27,511 bases of DNA from Acidobacteriota bacterium (lineage in GTDB: Bacteria; Acidobacteriota; Thermoanaerobaculia; Multivoradales; UBA5704), in the NCBI GenBank assembly GCA_040005235.1, contig JBDTZG010000067.1:1-27511 (forward strand), read 5' to 3'. Both the position numbers and the translations under genes were made by a program. The notes beneath the pieces are model-generated. The model did not search any database. It saw only the letters and a list, made by a program, of their open reading frames with translations, and had not been told where the DNA came from. Shown in pieces: positions 1-8,730 of the stretch (positions are counted from its first letter, which is position 1; every line of letters starts with the position of its first letter).

Positions 1-414
1 TATCGCCGGCTCGACACCTACGATCCGACCCGCAAGTTTTCGAGCTGGCTGTTCAAGATCGCCCACAACGCCACGCTCGATCACCTGCGCCGGCCGAGCT
101 TGGACACCTTGCCGCTCGAAGCGCACGGCGACGACGAGGCGGATCTCGCCTCGGTGCTGGCGGACGAGAAGAGCGAAAGCCCGGAGGCCGGCGCCGGGCG
201 CTACGACCTGGCGCGCGCCCTGGATCGCGGTCTGCGCGGCCTGCGCGCCGACTATTCCGAGGTGCTGCTGCTGCGCTTTCGCCAGGGGCTTTCCTACCAG
301 GAGATTGCGGAGGTCACCGGCCAGCCGCTGGGCACGGTGAAGACCAATATCCACCGTGCGCGCAAGGAGCTGGCCGCGGCGCTGGGCGGGTTGGGGTGGC
401 ATTTGACCGACTAG
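1..414 (+). CDS. ECF RNA polymerase sigma factor (SigW/RpoE-like), 5'-truncated by the window edge
   Basis: Frame +1 is open from base 1: YRRLDTYDPTRKFSSWLFKIAHNATLDHLRR (region 2) ... LLLRFRQGLSYQEIAEVTGQPLGTVKTNIHRARKEL (region 4 HTH). Confidence 0.93.
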   Translation, partial: YRRLDTYDPTRKFSSWLFKIAHNATLDHLRRPSLDTLPLEAHGDDEADLASVLADEKSESPEAGAGRYDLARALDRGLRGLRADYSEVLLLRFRQGLSYQEIAEVTGQPLGTVKTNIHRARKELAAALGGLGWHLTD

Positions 415-474
415 AATTTCTTCGGCGTTTGACCGAGTCCGTCCCCTTCCCGGGCGTCGGTTACAGTAGACGCA

Positions 475-2103
475 GTGGACAATGATCTTCCATCCGCCCT
501 GCCGCACGCCGCGCGGATCCTCCGCCGGATGGCGCTGCTCGAAGCGCCCGCGGTCCAGCTGTGGGGCTGGCCGGGGACGGGCAAGAGCGGCATTCTGGCG
601 GCGCTCGGCGCCCAGGCCGGCAGTTTGGGGCTGGCCCTGGGCGATACCGAAAGCGCCTCCCGTTGGCAGAGCGCCCTGGTTCGGGCGAGGGACCAAGGGA
701 CGGCTTGGGTGGTGCTTGCCGCCCCACCCTCCGCCGCGGCGCTCGGCCAGGCGGTCCGCTGGCTCCCGCCGGGGTTGCGGCTGGCGTTCGCCGGGGTCGA
801 GCGTGCGATCCTGCCGCTCCGGACCGCGTACGTCTATCCGCCCGAGCTGCTGCTCGACGGGCGGGAGGTCCTCTCGCTCTGGCGTACGGTTCGTGGTGGC
901 GAGCTGACTCCCGAGAGCTCGTCGGCGCTCCGCGCGGCGACCGACGGCTGGCTCGCCCCCCTGCGCCTCCTGGCCTCGTCCGGTTTTGAGCTGCCCGCGG
1001 AGGTTTCGCCCGAAGCGTTGCTCGACGCCGATCCCGCGCTCGCTGGATTTTTTCGCTCGGAGGTCGCGCCGGCCCTGCCCGCGCTGGATTTCGATCGCTG
1101 GGACGACGAGGACCTCGCCGCGCTCGTCGCCTCGGGGCTGGCGCTGGGCGATGAGGCGAATCCCCGCCTGCCGCGCCTGCTCGGCGCCTGGGCCGAGCGT
1201 CGAAATCGGGAGGCCAAGGCGCTTCCGCACGGCCCGCGGGGGAGCGCCGCGCCGCGCCGTCCGGATCCCGGCGTCGCCGCTCCGATCGCTCCAATGGCTC
1301 TGATCGCCTCGGTCGCTCCGGCCATCTCGCCGGCCGCTTCGGATCGCCCGGCGTTTCGCGTCGCGTTACTCGGCCGTCCGCAGGTCGAACGCTTGACCGA
1401 AACCGGCCCTGTGGTGATCCGGTTTCCGCTCCGAAGGTCGTTCCAAACGCTCGCGTATCTCTCCTCCTCGACCGATTTTTCCGCCTCGCGGGACGAGCTG
1501 ATCGAGGAGATCTGGAGCGGCGAAAGCCCCGCCGACGTGCTGCGGAACTTTCATCCCACCCTGTCGCACCTGCGGCGTTCGCTCTCGGCGGGGCTGAAGC
1601 CGAGGGTGGTCCCGTTGCTGCTGCACGAGGGGAGCTACCGGCTGAACCCGGAGATCGACTGGCGGATCGATTGGGTCGAGCTTCAGGCGCTGGTCGAGCG
1701 CGCCCGGGCGGATTCGGTTGCGCGGCCCGAGACCGCGGTCGAGCACCTACGCCGAGGCTGGTCGCTCTACCGCGGATCTTTCCTCCCGAGGGTCGACGGC
1801 GACTGGGCCGCGCCGCGCCGCGACCAGTCGCAACGGATGTATCTGGAGCTGCTCAAATCGCTCGGCGATCTAGAGCTTCAGCTCGGACACCCCGAGCCGG
1901 CGCTCGACGCCTACCGCGCACTCCTCATCGAAGATCCCCTGGAAGAAAGGGTGCACGTCGCCGTCATGCGCCTCTACGGCGAGCAGGGGAGGCGCGACCT
2001 GGTCCGGCGGCAGTACGACCGGCTGTGCAGCCTGCTGCTCGGAGAGCTGGGCCTCGAACCGCTCGACGAGACGACGAAGGAGTTCCATCAGCTGATGTCG
2101 TAG
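475..2103 (+). CDS. Transcriptional regulator: degenerate MalT/STAND-like P-loop N-terminus, winged HTH and BTAD (SARP-type) domain
   Basis: Walker A-like GWPGTGKS; TDGWLAPLRLL resembles the STAND GxP motif; LLGRPQV...SRDELIEEIW...TLSHLRRSL is wHTH-like; LYRGSFLP...EDPLEERVHVAVMRLY...ELGLEP is BTAD-like. Confidence 0.85.
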   Translation: MDNDLPSALPHAARILRRMALLEAPAVQLWGWPGTGKSGILAALGAQAGSLGLALGDTESASRWQSALVRARDQGTAWVVLAAPPSAAALGQAVRWLPPGLRLAFAGVERAILPLRTAYVYPPELLLDGREVLSLWRTVRGGELTPESSSALRAATDGWLAPLRLLASSGFELPAEVSPEALLDADPALAGFFRSEVAPALPALDFDRWDDEDLAALVASGLALGDEANPRLPRLLGAWAERRNREAKALPHGPRGSAAPRRPDPGVAAPIAPMALIASVAPAISPAASDRPAFRVALLGRPQVERLTETGPVVIRFPLRRSFQTLAYLSSSTDFSASRDELIEEIWSGESPADVLRNFHPTLSHLRRSLSAGLKPRVVPLLLHEGSYRLNPEIDWRIDWVELQALVERARADSVARPETAVEHLRRGWSLYRGSFLPRVDGDWAAPRRDQSQRMYLELLKSLGDLELQLGHPEPALDAYRALLIEDPLEERVHVAVMRLYGEQGRRDLVRRQYDRLCSLLLGELGLEPLDETTKEFHQLMS

Positions 2104-2192
2104 CTTTGACCCCGGCGAAGCTCTCGGACCACAATGGCGCGCCCCGGTGAAGCGGGGGAGAAGGACGAACCCGTTACGGAGCCAAACATCGG

Positions 2193-3512
2193 ATGGGAGA
2201 ACGCAAAGACGTAATTCTGGGAGCCGGGCTCGCGGGTCTGACCGCCGCCTACACGCTGCAACGCGCGGGGGAGGATCATTGGCAGATCTATGAGCGCGAG
2301 GAGCGGGTCGGCGGACTCGCGCGTTCGACCGCGATCGACGGCTACCTGTTCGACTTCGGACCACACATTCTGTTCACCATCGACGCGGAGATGGAGGCGC
2401 TGATCCGCGACCTGCTGGGCGACAACTTCCACGCCCAGGAGCGGCAGGCGTTCATCTATCACCTGGCCTCGGATCTCTATACCCGCTTTCCGTTCCAGGC
2501 CCACCTTTATGGGCTTCCCATTCCGCTGGTCAAAGAGTGCCTCGTCGGACTGGTCGATGCGGTGCGCGCCCAGGCTGGGGGGGAGTTTTCGCCGACCAAC
2601 TATGAGGAATGGATGCGCGGCTTCTTCGGCGACGGCATCGCCGACCGGCTGATGATCCCGTACGCCAAGAAGATCTGGACCGTCGAGCCGAGCACGATGG
2701 ATTTCAGCTGGATCGGCCGCCGCGTGCCGACTCCCGACTACGAGAGGATCATCGCCGGCGCCCTCACCGACGACGTGGCCCAGGTCGGGGCGACTTCGAA
2801 CTTCTGGTACACCAAGAGCGGCGCGATCGAGCCGCTGCCCAAGGCGCTCGGCGCGAGGGTGAAAAACGTCCAGCTTGGCCGGACCATGGAGCGCATCGAG
2901 CTGCCGGAAAAGCAGGTGGTTTTTACTGATGGCGAGATCGTCCCGTTCGACAACCTGATCTTCTCGCTGCCGCTCTGCTTTCTGCCGCGATTTATCCCCA
3001 ACCTGCCTGTCGAGGTCGAGCGCGCCTGCCGCGGCCTTCAATACCAGGGGATCTACTGCATCAACCTCGGCATCGACCGCCCCGACGTCTCGGACAAGCA
3101 CTGGGTCTACTTCTACGAAGAACCGTTCCCGTTTCACCGGCTGTCGTTTCCCGCCACCTTCAGCCCCGACACCGTGCCGCCGGGCAAGAGCTCGATCGCC
3201 ACCGAAGTGGCGTTCTCCAAAGCCCGCCCGCTCGACAAGGATCAGGCGGTCGAGCGGACGATCGACGCGCTAAAGCTCGCGAAGATTCTCACCCCGGACG
3301 ACAAGATCGAGCTGATCCACACCGTCGAGATCCAGCCCGCCTACGTGATCTACGACCTCGACCACGCGAAGAATCTAGCCATCATCCGCACCTACCTGCG
3401 CGAGAACGGAATCTGGAACGTCGGCCGCTTCGGCGAGTGGCAGTACCACAACATGGACCACTCGATGCGAAGCGGCAAAAGCGCGGCGGAGGAGATTTTG
3501 GCTTCGCGGTAA
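2193..3512 (+). CDS. FAD-dependent oxidoreductase (protoporphyrinogen oxidase / UDP-galactopyranose mutase-like superfamily)
   Basis: Rossmann motif ILGAGLAGL, ExEERVGGL, FDFGPH and C-terminal GRFGEWQYHNMDHS; the family is often found beside glycosyltransferases. Confidence 0.85.
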   Translation: MGERKDVILGAGLAGLTAAYTLQRAGEDHWQIYEREERVGGLARSTAIDGYLFDFGPHILFTIDAEMEALIRDLLGDNFHAQERQAFIYHLASDLYTRFPFQAHLYGLPIPLVKECLVGLVDAVRAQAGGEFSPTNYEEWMRGFFGDGIADRLMIPYAKKIWTVEPSTMDFSWIGRRVPTPDYERIIAGALTDDVAQVGATSNFWYTKSGAIEPLPKALGARVKNVQLGRTMERIELPEKQVVFTDGEIVPFDNLIFSLPLCFLPRFIPNLPVEVERACRGLQYQGIYCINLGIDRPDVSDKHWVYFYEEPFPFHRLSFPATFSPDTVPPGKSSIATEVAFSKARPLDKDQAVERTIDALKLAKILTPDDKIELIHTVEIQPAYVIYDLDHAKNLAIIRTYLRENGIWNVGRFGEWQYHNMDHSMRSGKSAAEEILASR

Positions 3513-3553
3513 ATCCGCTCGGTCACGCACTCCGCCGCCGCCGGAACGTCTCC

Positions 3554-3757
3554 TCAGGCCGCCTGCGTCGCCGTGCCGCCGCCGGTGCCGCAGCCGGGCT
3601 GGCAGGTGACGTAGCAGTTGCTCGGGCACTCGGTGATCACCTCGCACTGGGAGAACTCGGTGTCACTGCCGATGACCCGAGCCACTCCGGCTCCGGTCAC
3701 TGCATCCAGGCGGGCGAGGGTTTCGCGGTGAAGACGGATCTTCCGGTTGCGCTTCAT
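3554..3757 (-). CDS. Small Cys/Ser/Thr-rich RiPP-like precursor peptide (67 aa)
   Basis: AAGGAG RBS (plus-strand 3764-3769) lies 6 nt before the ATG at 3757. Sequence: MKRNRKIRLHRETLARLDAVTGAGVARVIGS-DTEFSQCEVITECPSNCYVTCQPGCGTGGGTATQAA, a basic leader with an L-x-L-x-R-E-T-L-like motif and a core with 5 Cys. Confidence 0.75.
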   Translation of the reverse strand: MKRNRKIRLHRETLARLDAVTGAGVARVIGSDTEFSQCEVITECPSNCYVTCQPGCGTGGGTATQAA

Positions 3758-3870
3758 GTCGGTCTCCTTGTCGCTTGCGCGAACGTTGGTGAGCGATGAT
3801 GCCACGGATACCGCATCTTTTCGGGTCCAGGGGCTCAACGCTTGTGGTTTCCCGGCGACATCCGCCCCCC

Positions 3871-3879
3871 TGCTACAAT
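3871..3879 (+). promoter_or_regulatory. Extended -10 promoter element (TGcTACAAT) for the GT2 gene
   Basis: TGCTACAAT lies 9 nt before the ATG at 3889; the same 9-mer occurs at 14795-14803 upstream of the SCP2 gene. Confidence 0.55.
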
Positions 3880-3888
3880 CCCGCCTCG

Positions 3889-4908
3889 ATGAGCAGCCAG
3901 CCTATTTTCGGACCGCGACCGGTGGCGGATGCCCCGGTCGATACTTCCGCGCCGATGGCTTCCGAAGCCGCGGATCCGGTCGACATCTCGGTCGTCGTCC
4001 CGGTCCTCGACGAGGAGGGCTCGGTGCTGGAGCTGGCGTCCCGCGTGGCCGCGGTGCTCGGTGGCTTGAAGCGGAGCTTCGAGATCGTGTTCGTCGACGA
4101 TGGCTCGAAAGATGGCACGCCGAAGCGGATCCGCGAGGCGCGCGAGATCGACCGCCGAGTGAAGCTGGTCCGCCTGCGCCGGAACTTCGGCAAGGCGGCG
4201 GCTCTGACCGCCGGGTTCGATCATTCGAGCGGCGACCTGGTGGTGACGATGGATGGCGACCTTCAAGACGCGCCGGAAGAGATTCCGCGGATGCTCGCGG
4301 CGCTCGAAGAGCGGCAGCTCGATCTCGTCTCGGGGTGGAAGAAGCATCGGCGCGATCCGGCTTCGAAGCGCTGGCCCTCGCGGCTCTACAACTGGGTGAC
4401 CCGTAAGCTCGCGCAGGTGGACCTGCACGACTTCAACAGCGGATTCAAGGTCTACCGGCGCGAGGTGCTCTCGGAGATCTCGGTCTACGGCGAGCTGCAT
4501 CGCTACATCCCGGTGCTCGCGAGCCGGCGCGGTTTTTCGGTGGGGGAGGTGGACGTGGTCCACCATCCGCGCGTCCACGGGGTGAGCAAGTACGGCTGGG
4601 ACCGCTTCTACAAGGGGCTGCTCGACCTCTTGACGGTGTTGTTCATCACCAAGTACACGCGCCGGCCGCTACATCTGTTCGGGGCGGTCGGGCTGATTTT
4701 TCTGGGGCTCGGTCTCAGCATCAACGTCTATCTGGCGGTGCTCTGGTTCCTGGGCCAGACCCTGTCGAACCGCCCGCTGCTGCTGCTCGGAATGCTGCTG
4801 ATGTTGATGGGAATCCAGGTGCTGACGACCGGTCTGCTGGGCGAGATGCTGACGTTTAAAAGCTTCCGCCGACCGGACAGCTACTCGATCAAGGAATGGC
4901 TGGAGTAA
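3889..4908 (+). CDS. GT2 glycosyltransferase, polyprenyl-phosphate sugar transferase type (ArnC/GtrB/DPM synthase-like)
   Basis: ISVVVPVLDEE, FVDDGSKDGT, RNFGKAAAL, TMDGDLQD, ELHRYIPVLA and two C-terminal TM helices. Start placed at 3889, after the TACAAT element. Confidence 0.92.
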   Translation: MSSQPIFGPRPVADAPVDTSAPMASEAADPVDISVVVPVLDEEGSVLELASRVAAVLGGLKRSFEIVFVDDGSKDGTPKRIREAREIDRRVKLVRLRRNFGKAAALTAGFDHSSGDLVVTMDGDLQDAPEEIPRMLAALEERQLDLVSGWKKHRRDPASKRWPSRLYNWVTRKLAQVDLHDFNSGFKVYRREVLSEISVYGELHRYIPVLASRRGFSVGEVDVVHHPRVHGVSKYGWDRFYKGLLDLLTVLFITKYTRRPLHLFGAVGLIFLGLGLSINVYLAVLWFLGQTLSNRPLLLLGMLLMLMGIQVLTTGLLGEMLTFKSFRRPDSYSIKEWLE

Positions 4909-4917
4909 GGGCGAGGC

Positions 4918-6165
4918 ATGCCTCGCCCCCGCGACCGCTCCTTGAAGCTTCTCTTCCTCACCCAAACCTATCCGCGCACCCCGGAGGACGGCGCCGGGCC
5001 GTTCATTCGCGACCTGGCCGCGGGGCTCGTGCGCGGGGGAGATCGGGTGACCGTGCTCGCCCCCCACGCGGCGGGCCTGCCGGAATCCTGGACGGCGGAC
5101 GGAGTCCTCGCTCGGACGTTCCGCTACGCGCCTGAGTCGCGCGAGGTGCTGGGCTATGGCCGGAGCCTCGAAGCCGACGAGAAGGTCAAAGGGGGCGCGG
5201 CGCTGGTGGCTCCGCTCTACGCCTGGGGCGCGCGGCGGGCGGTGGTCCGAGAGCTGAAGCGGGATGGCTACGATCTGGTCCATGCGCATTGGGTGGTGCC
5301 GAACGGCTTGATCGCGGCGACCGTCTCCCGGGTGCCGTTCGCGATCGGCCTTCACGGCAGCGACGTCTTCCTGGCCGAAAAACCGGGGGTGCGCACCCTC
5401 GTGCGCCGGGCGCTCCGCCGGGCTCGGCTGCTCACCGGCTGCTCGTCCGAGCTGGTGGATCGGGTGGCCGCTCTTGGCTTTCCGAAAGAGCGTTCGCGCG
5501 TCATTCCCTATGGGGTGGACATCGCGCACTTCTCGCCCCGGCGGCCTGGCGATCTCGATCCCGGCGGTTGGCGGGCTCGACTGGGCATCCCGGGCAACGC
5601 GCCGCTCGCGCTCGGCGTCGGGCGGATGGCGACCAAGAAAGGATTCCACGTCCTGTTCGAGGCGCTGCCCGAGGTGCTCGCCGCGGTGCCCGGGGCGCAC
5701 CTGGTGCTCGCCGGAGGGGGCGACCTGCTGCCGCGCTTCGAGCGCGAGGCGGGGCGTTTCGGGGGACGGGTCCACCTGCCGGGCGGCGTGTTGCGCGACA
5801 CCCTGCCGGACCTCTACCGAGCGGCCGATCTGTTCGTGCTGCCCGCGGTCCACGACGCGCAGGGCAACGTCGACGGGCTGCCGAACGTGATCCTGGAAGC
5901 GATGGCGAGCGGGTTGGCGGTCGTCGCCTCCGGCATCTCCGGCGTGCCGCTCGCGGTCGAGCCGGGCCGGACCGGCCTGCTGACGGCGGAGGGAAACGCG
6001 GCCTCGGTCGCTGCGGCGTTGATCGATCTGCTGCGCGACGAGGGGCGCCGGAAGGCCATGGGCGAAGCCGGCCGGGCCAAGGCGGAGCGCGAGCTGACTT
6101 GGGATGCCGTCGCAGCCCGCTACCGCGAAGGGTACGAGATGGCGCTTGCGGTCGCGGGAAGCTGA
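4918..6165 (+). CDS. GT4 (GT-B fold) glycosyltransferase
   Basis: DLVHAHWVVPNG, LHGSDV, GRMATKKG, ADLFVLP and DGLPNVILEAMASG (E-x7-E-type motif, here D-x7-E). Confidence 0.93.
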   Translation: MPRPRDRSLKLLFLTQTYPRTPEDGAGPFIRDLAAGLVRGGDRVTVLAPHAAGLPESWTADGVLARTFRYAPESREVLGYGRSLEADEKVKGGAALVAPLYAWGARRAVVRELKRDGYDLVHAHWVVPNGLIAATVSRVPFAIGLHGSDVFLAEKPGVRTLVRRALRRARLLTGCSSELVDRVAALGFPKERSRVIPYGVDIAHFSPRRPGDLDPGGWRARLGIPGNAPLALGVGRMATKKGFHVLFEALPEVLAAVPGAHLVLAGGGDLLPRFEREAGRFGGRVHLPGGVLRDTLPDLYRAADLFVLPAVHDAQGNVDGLPNVILEAMASGLAVVASGISGVPLAVEPGRTGLLTAEGNAASVAAALIDLLRDEGRRKAMGEAGRAKAERELTWDAVAARYREGYEMALAVAGS

Positions 6166-6184
6166 TATATTTGTGCCGGTTCCT

Positions 6185-6907
6185 ATGGTGAAAAAACGCA
6201 GCGGGGCGGCAGGGACGGGAAGGGTTCTCTTCGGAGGTCTCTGGGCGCTGGTTTTGCTCGTCGGCTGCCGCGGCAGGACGGAGGCTCCCGGCGCGGTGCC
6301 CGTAGGCAGCCAGGCCGCCCCGATAACCAGCAATGCCTCCGCGTCCGACCTGGCCGAATTCGACTTCACGCCGCCGGAAAACGGCATGCTGAACGAGCCG
6401 CAGGTGCAGATGTTCGTCGAAGTCCAAAAAAAAGCCGCCGCCCTGCGCGACGCAGGGAAGCGCAAAGGGGAGCCGGTCGGCGCGGTCGATCTGGCCGCGG
6501 CGCGCGAGCTGGGGGACAACCCGAAAGAGCTGACTTGGGTTGCCGACCGGGTGCGCGAGGTGCAGCGCTGGCAGATGAACCGCGACCTCGAAGAGCAGCT
6601 TGCCGCGGGCGATCGGGATTATTTGCGGCTGCTCAAGAGCCAGCGCGCCCAAGAGACCGACCCGGCCCGCAAGGCCGAGCTGGACCAGCGGATCGCCGAT
6701 CTCGGCAGCCGCAAGGTCGAAGGGGAACTCACCCTCGCGCTCCACCACAACGCCGACCTGGTCGAGAAGTACAAGGACCAGATCGACGCCGCGACCTCCG
6801 CGGAAGAGAAGTTCACGACCGGCCGGCTCGCCGCCGACCAAGCGATCCCCGAAGCGCTGTTTTCCGATTTCAGCTCCGACCTGATCGACGAGACCCCGCC
6901 GCAGTGA
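6185..6907 (+). CDS. Hypothetical lipoprotein, helical/coiled-coil
   Basis: MVKKRS...LWALVLLVG-C lipobox; charged helical body; the TGA stop overlaps the GTG of the next gene. Confidence 0.7.
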   Translation: MVKKRSGAAGTGRVLFGGLWALVLLVGCRGRTEAPGAVPVGSQAAPITSNASASDLAEFDFTPPENGMLNEPQVQMFVEVQKKAAALRDAGKRKGEPVGAVDLAAARELGDNPKELTWVADRVREVQRWQMNRDLEEQLAAGDRDYLRLLKSQRAQETDPARKAELDQRIADLGSRKVEGELTLALHHNADLVEKYKDQIDAATSAEEKFTTGRLAADQAIPEALFSDFSSDLIDETPPQ

Positions 6908-8088
6908 GGCTTGCGGTGGACGGGGGGGAGCGCTGGGCCACCGAGCTGATCTGCTCGCGGACCGGCGTTGCCGCGCCGCTCGACGTGCCGTCGTTCCTGT
7001 CGCCCGCGGGAGCGCCTTGGCTGGTGGGTTACGCCCTCGATGCCCAGCGGGGCAAGCGCCTGCTCGCCGCCCTGCCGAGCCGCCCTTGGACGCTCTGGCG
7101 CTACCGCGAGCTGCTGCCGGTCGCCGGCTTCGACGAACGGGTCGATCTGGGCGAAGGAGGAACGCCGCTGGTCCGCCTGACCCGTCCCGAATCGCTGCTT
7201 CCCGGTGCGCCGCTCGATGGCGTGAAGCTCTGGCTCAAGGACGAATCGGGGAACCCGACCGGTTCGTTCAAGGCGCGCGGTCTGTCGCTCGCGGTCAACC
7301 GGGCGCGCGAGCTGGGGGCGCCCGGCCTGCAGCTCGCGAGCGCCGGAAATGCCGCGCTCGCCTTGACCGCCTACGCCGCGGCGGCGGGTTTGCCGACCCG
7401 GGTCGCCCTGCCGGAGGACACGCCGAAGACGGTGTTCGACCGCTGCCGTTCGCACGGCGCCGAGGTGCTCTCCTCGCCGGGCACCCTGGTCGAGGCGGGC
7501 AAGCTGCTGGAACAGGGCGCCGAAGGGTATTGGGGCATCTCGACGCTGCGCGAGCCCTACCGGGTGGAGGGCAAGAAGACGACGGGCCTGGAGCTTGCCG
7601 AGCAGTTCGGCTGGAACCTGCCGGATTGGATCGTCTATCCGCTCGGCGGAGGGACCGGCATCGTCGGCATGCACAAGGCGTTCGACGAGCTGGAGCGGCT
7701 CGGCTTGATCGGTGCCAAGCGGCCGCGGCTGGTGATCGTCCAGATGGCGGGCTGCGCGCCGATCGTCCGGGCGTTCGGCCGCGGCGAGCCATCCGCCGCG
7801 ACCTGGGAGAACCCGGCGACGGAGGTCTGGGGTCTCCGCGTGCCGAAGGCGATCGGCGATTTCCTCGTCCTGCGGGCGGTGCGCGCAAGCGGCGGTCTCG
7901 CGGTGGCGGTCGAGGAATCCCGGATCGCCGAGCTGACGGAGAGGGCGGCGCGCCACGCGGGGCTTCTGATCGGTCCGGAGGGCGCGGCGGTCCTCGCGGC
8001 GATCGAGGACTTGGCGCGCGATGGCGCGTTCCTGCCGGGCGAGCGGGTGGTCGGCTTTCAAACCGGCCACCCGGCCAATTACGTTTGA
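6904..8088 (+). CDS. thrC: Threonine synthase (PLP-dependent, fold type II)
   Basis: LWRYRELLP, LGEGGTPL, LKDESGNPTGSFKARG (PLP Lys), SAGNA, PYRVEGKKT, YPLGGGTG, PEGAA. Start is the GTG at 6904 (GTGA overlap) or at 6916. Confidence 0.88.
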   Translation: MRLAVDGGERWATELICSRTGVAAPLDVPSFLSPAGAPWLVGYALDAQRGKRLLAALPSRPWTLWRYRELLPVAGFDERVDLGEGGTPLVRLTRPESLLPGAPLDGVKLWLKDESGNPTGSFKARGLSLAVNRARELGAPGLQLASAGNAALALTAYAAAAGLPTRVALPEDTPKTVFDRCRSHGAEVLSSPGTLVEAGKLLEQGAEGYWGISTLREPYRVEGKKTTGLELAEQFGWNLPDWIVYPLGGGTGIVGMHKAFDELERLGLIGAKRPRLVIVQMAGCAPIVRAFGRGEPSAATWENPATEVWGLRVPKAIGDFLVLRAVRASGGLAVAVEESRIAELTERAARHAGLLIGPEGAAVLAAIEDLARDGAFLPGERVVGFQTGHPANYV

Positions 8089-8338
8089 CCGGCTTCCCAA
8101 AATTTAGTCCGCAAAGCCGGCGTTTTTGGCCGGGCCATTTCGGTAGGGGCGATATAAAATCCCGCTTTCCGCCCTTTTGATCGAAATTCAAAATTCTCCG
8201 CCCAGAGCGGCTCCCTTTTGGCCCCTTCGCGCACCACGCTATCTGAAGCCGAAGATCTAAGTCCGCGGCGGGGGTAGGGAGATTCCTGCCGTGCCTTCGA
8301 TTTTGACTTCGGAAGCATTCGGAGGGGTGGTCATCGTC

Positions 8339-8725
8339 GTGAGTCATGTTCCCGCTTTGTCCCCGCAGGGGGAGCAAGCTGTACCGATCATTCAGATCCG
8401 CAATTGCCTCCTGGTCAGCATCCAGATCGAGCTGCACGATCGACTGGCCCTCGACCTTCAGGCGGCGCTGATGGAGCGCGTCCGGGAGAGCGGCGCCAAA
8501 GGGGTGGTGCTCGACGTTTCGGGCGTCGAGATCATCGACAGCTACATCACCCGCATCTTGAACGACATCGGCCGCTCGGTCCGCTTCATGGGCGCCGCCT
8601 GCTTCCTGGTCGGCGTGCGGCCGGCGGTCGCGATGACCCTGGTCGAGATGGGCGTCGAGCTCGACGCGGTCGAGACCGCCCTGAACCTCGATCTCGCGCT
8701 CGCCCGACTGGAAAAGGCCACTTGA
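8339..8725 (+). CDS. rsbS: Stressosome STAS protein RsbS
   Basis: VPIIQIRNCLLVSIQIELHD...GVVLDVSGVEIIDSYITRIL (the Ser aligns with B. subtilis RsbS S59)...GVRPAVAMTLVEMG...TALNLD. GGAGGGG lies upstream of the GTG at 8339; exact start uncertain. Confidence 0.9.
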   Translation: MSHVPALSPQGEQAVPIIQIRNCLLVSIQIELHDRLALDLQAALMERVRESGAKGVVLDVSGVEIIDSYITRILNDIGRSVRFMGAACFLVGVRPAVAMTLVEMGVELDAVETALNLDLALARLEKAT

Positions 8726-8730
8726 GAGCG

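Noticed and set aside
2193-3512. Specific call as hemY or glf
   Set aside because: Only superfamily-level FAD motifs are recognisable, so the substrate cannot be assigned from the sequence.
3554-6165. Glycocin cluster made of the Cys-rich peptide plus the adjacent glycosyltransferases
   Set aside because: The GT2 is a membrane polyprenyl-phosphate type, not SunS-like, and there is no peptidase transporter or thiol-disulfide oxidoreductase. The adjacency is probably incidental.
4669-8437. Long minus-strand ORFs (616, 446, 493 and 380 aa) and similar alternate-frame ORFs throughout the window
   Set aside because: These are Arg/Pro/Ala-rich shadow ORFs typical of high-GC DNA, overlapping well-supported genes.
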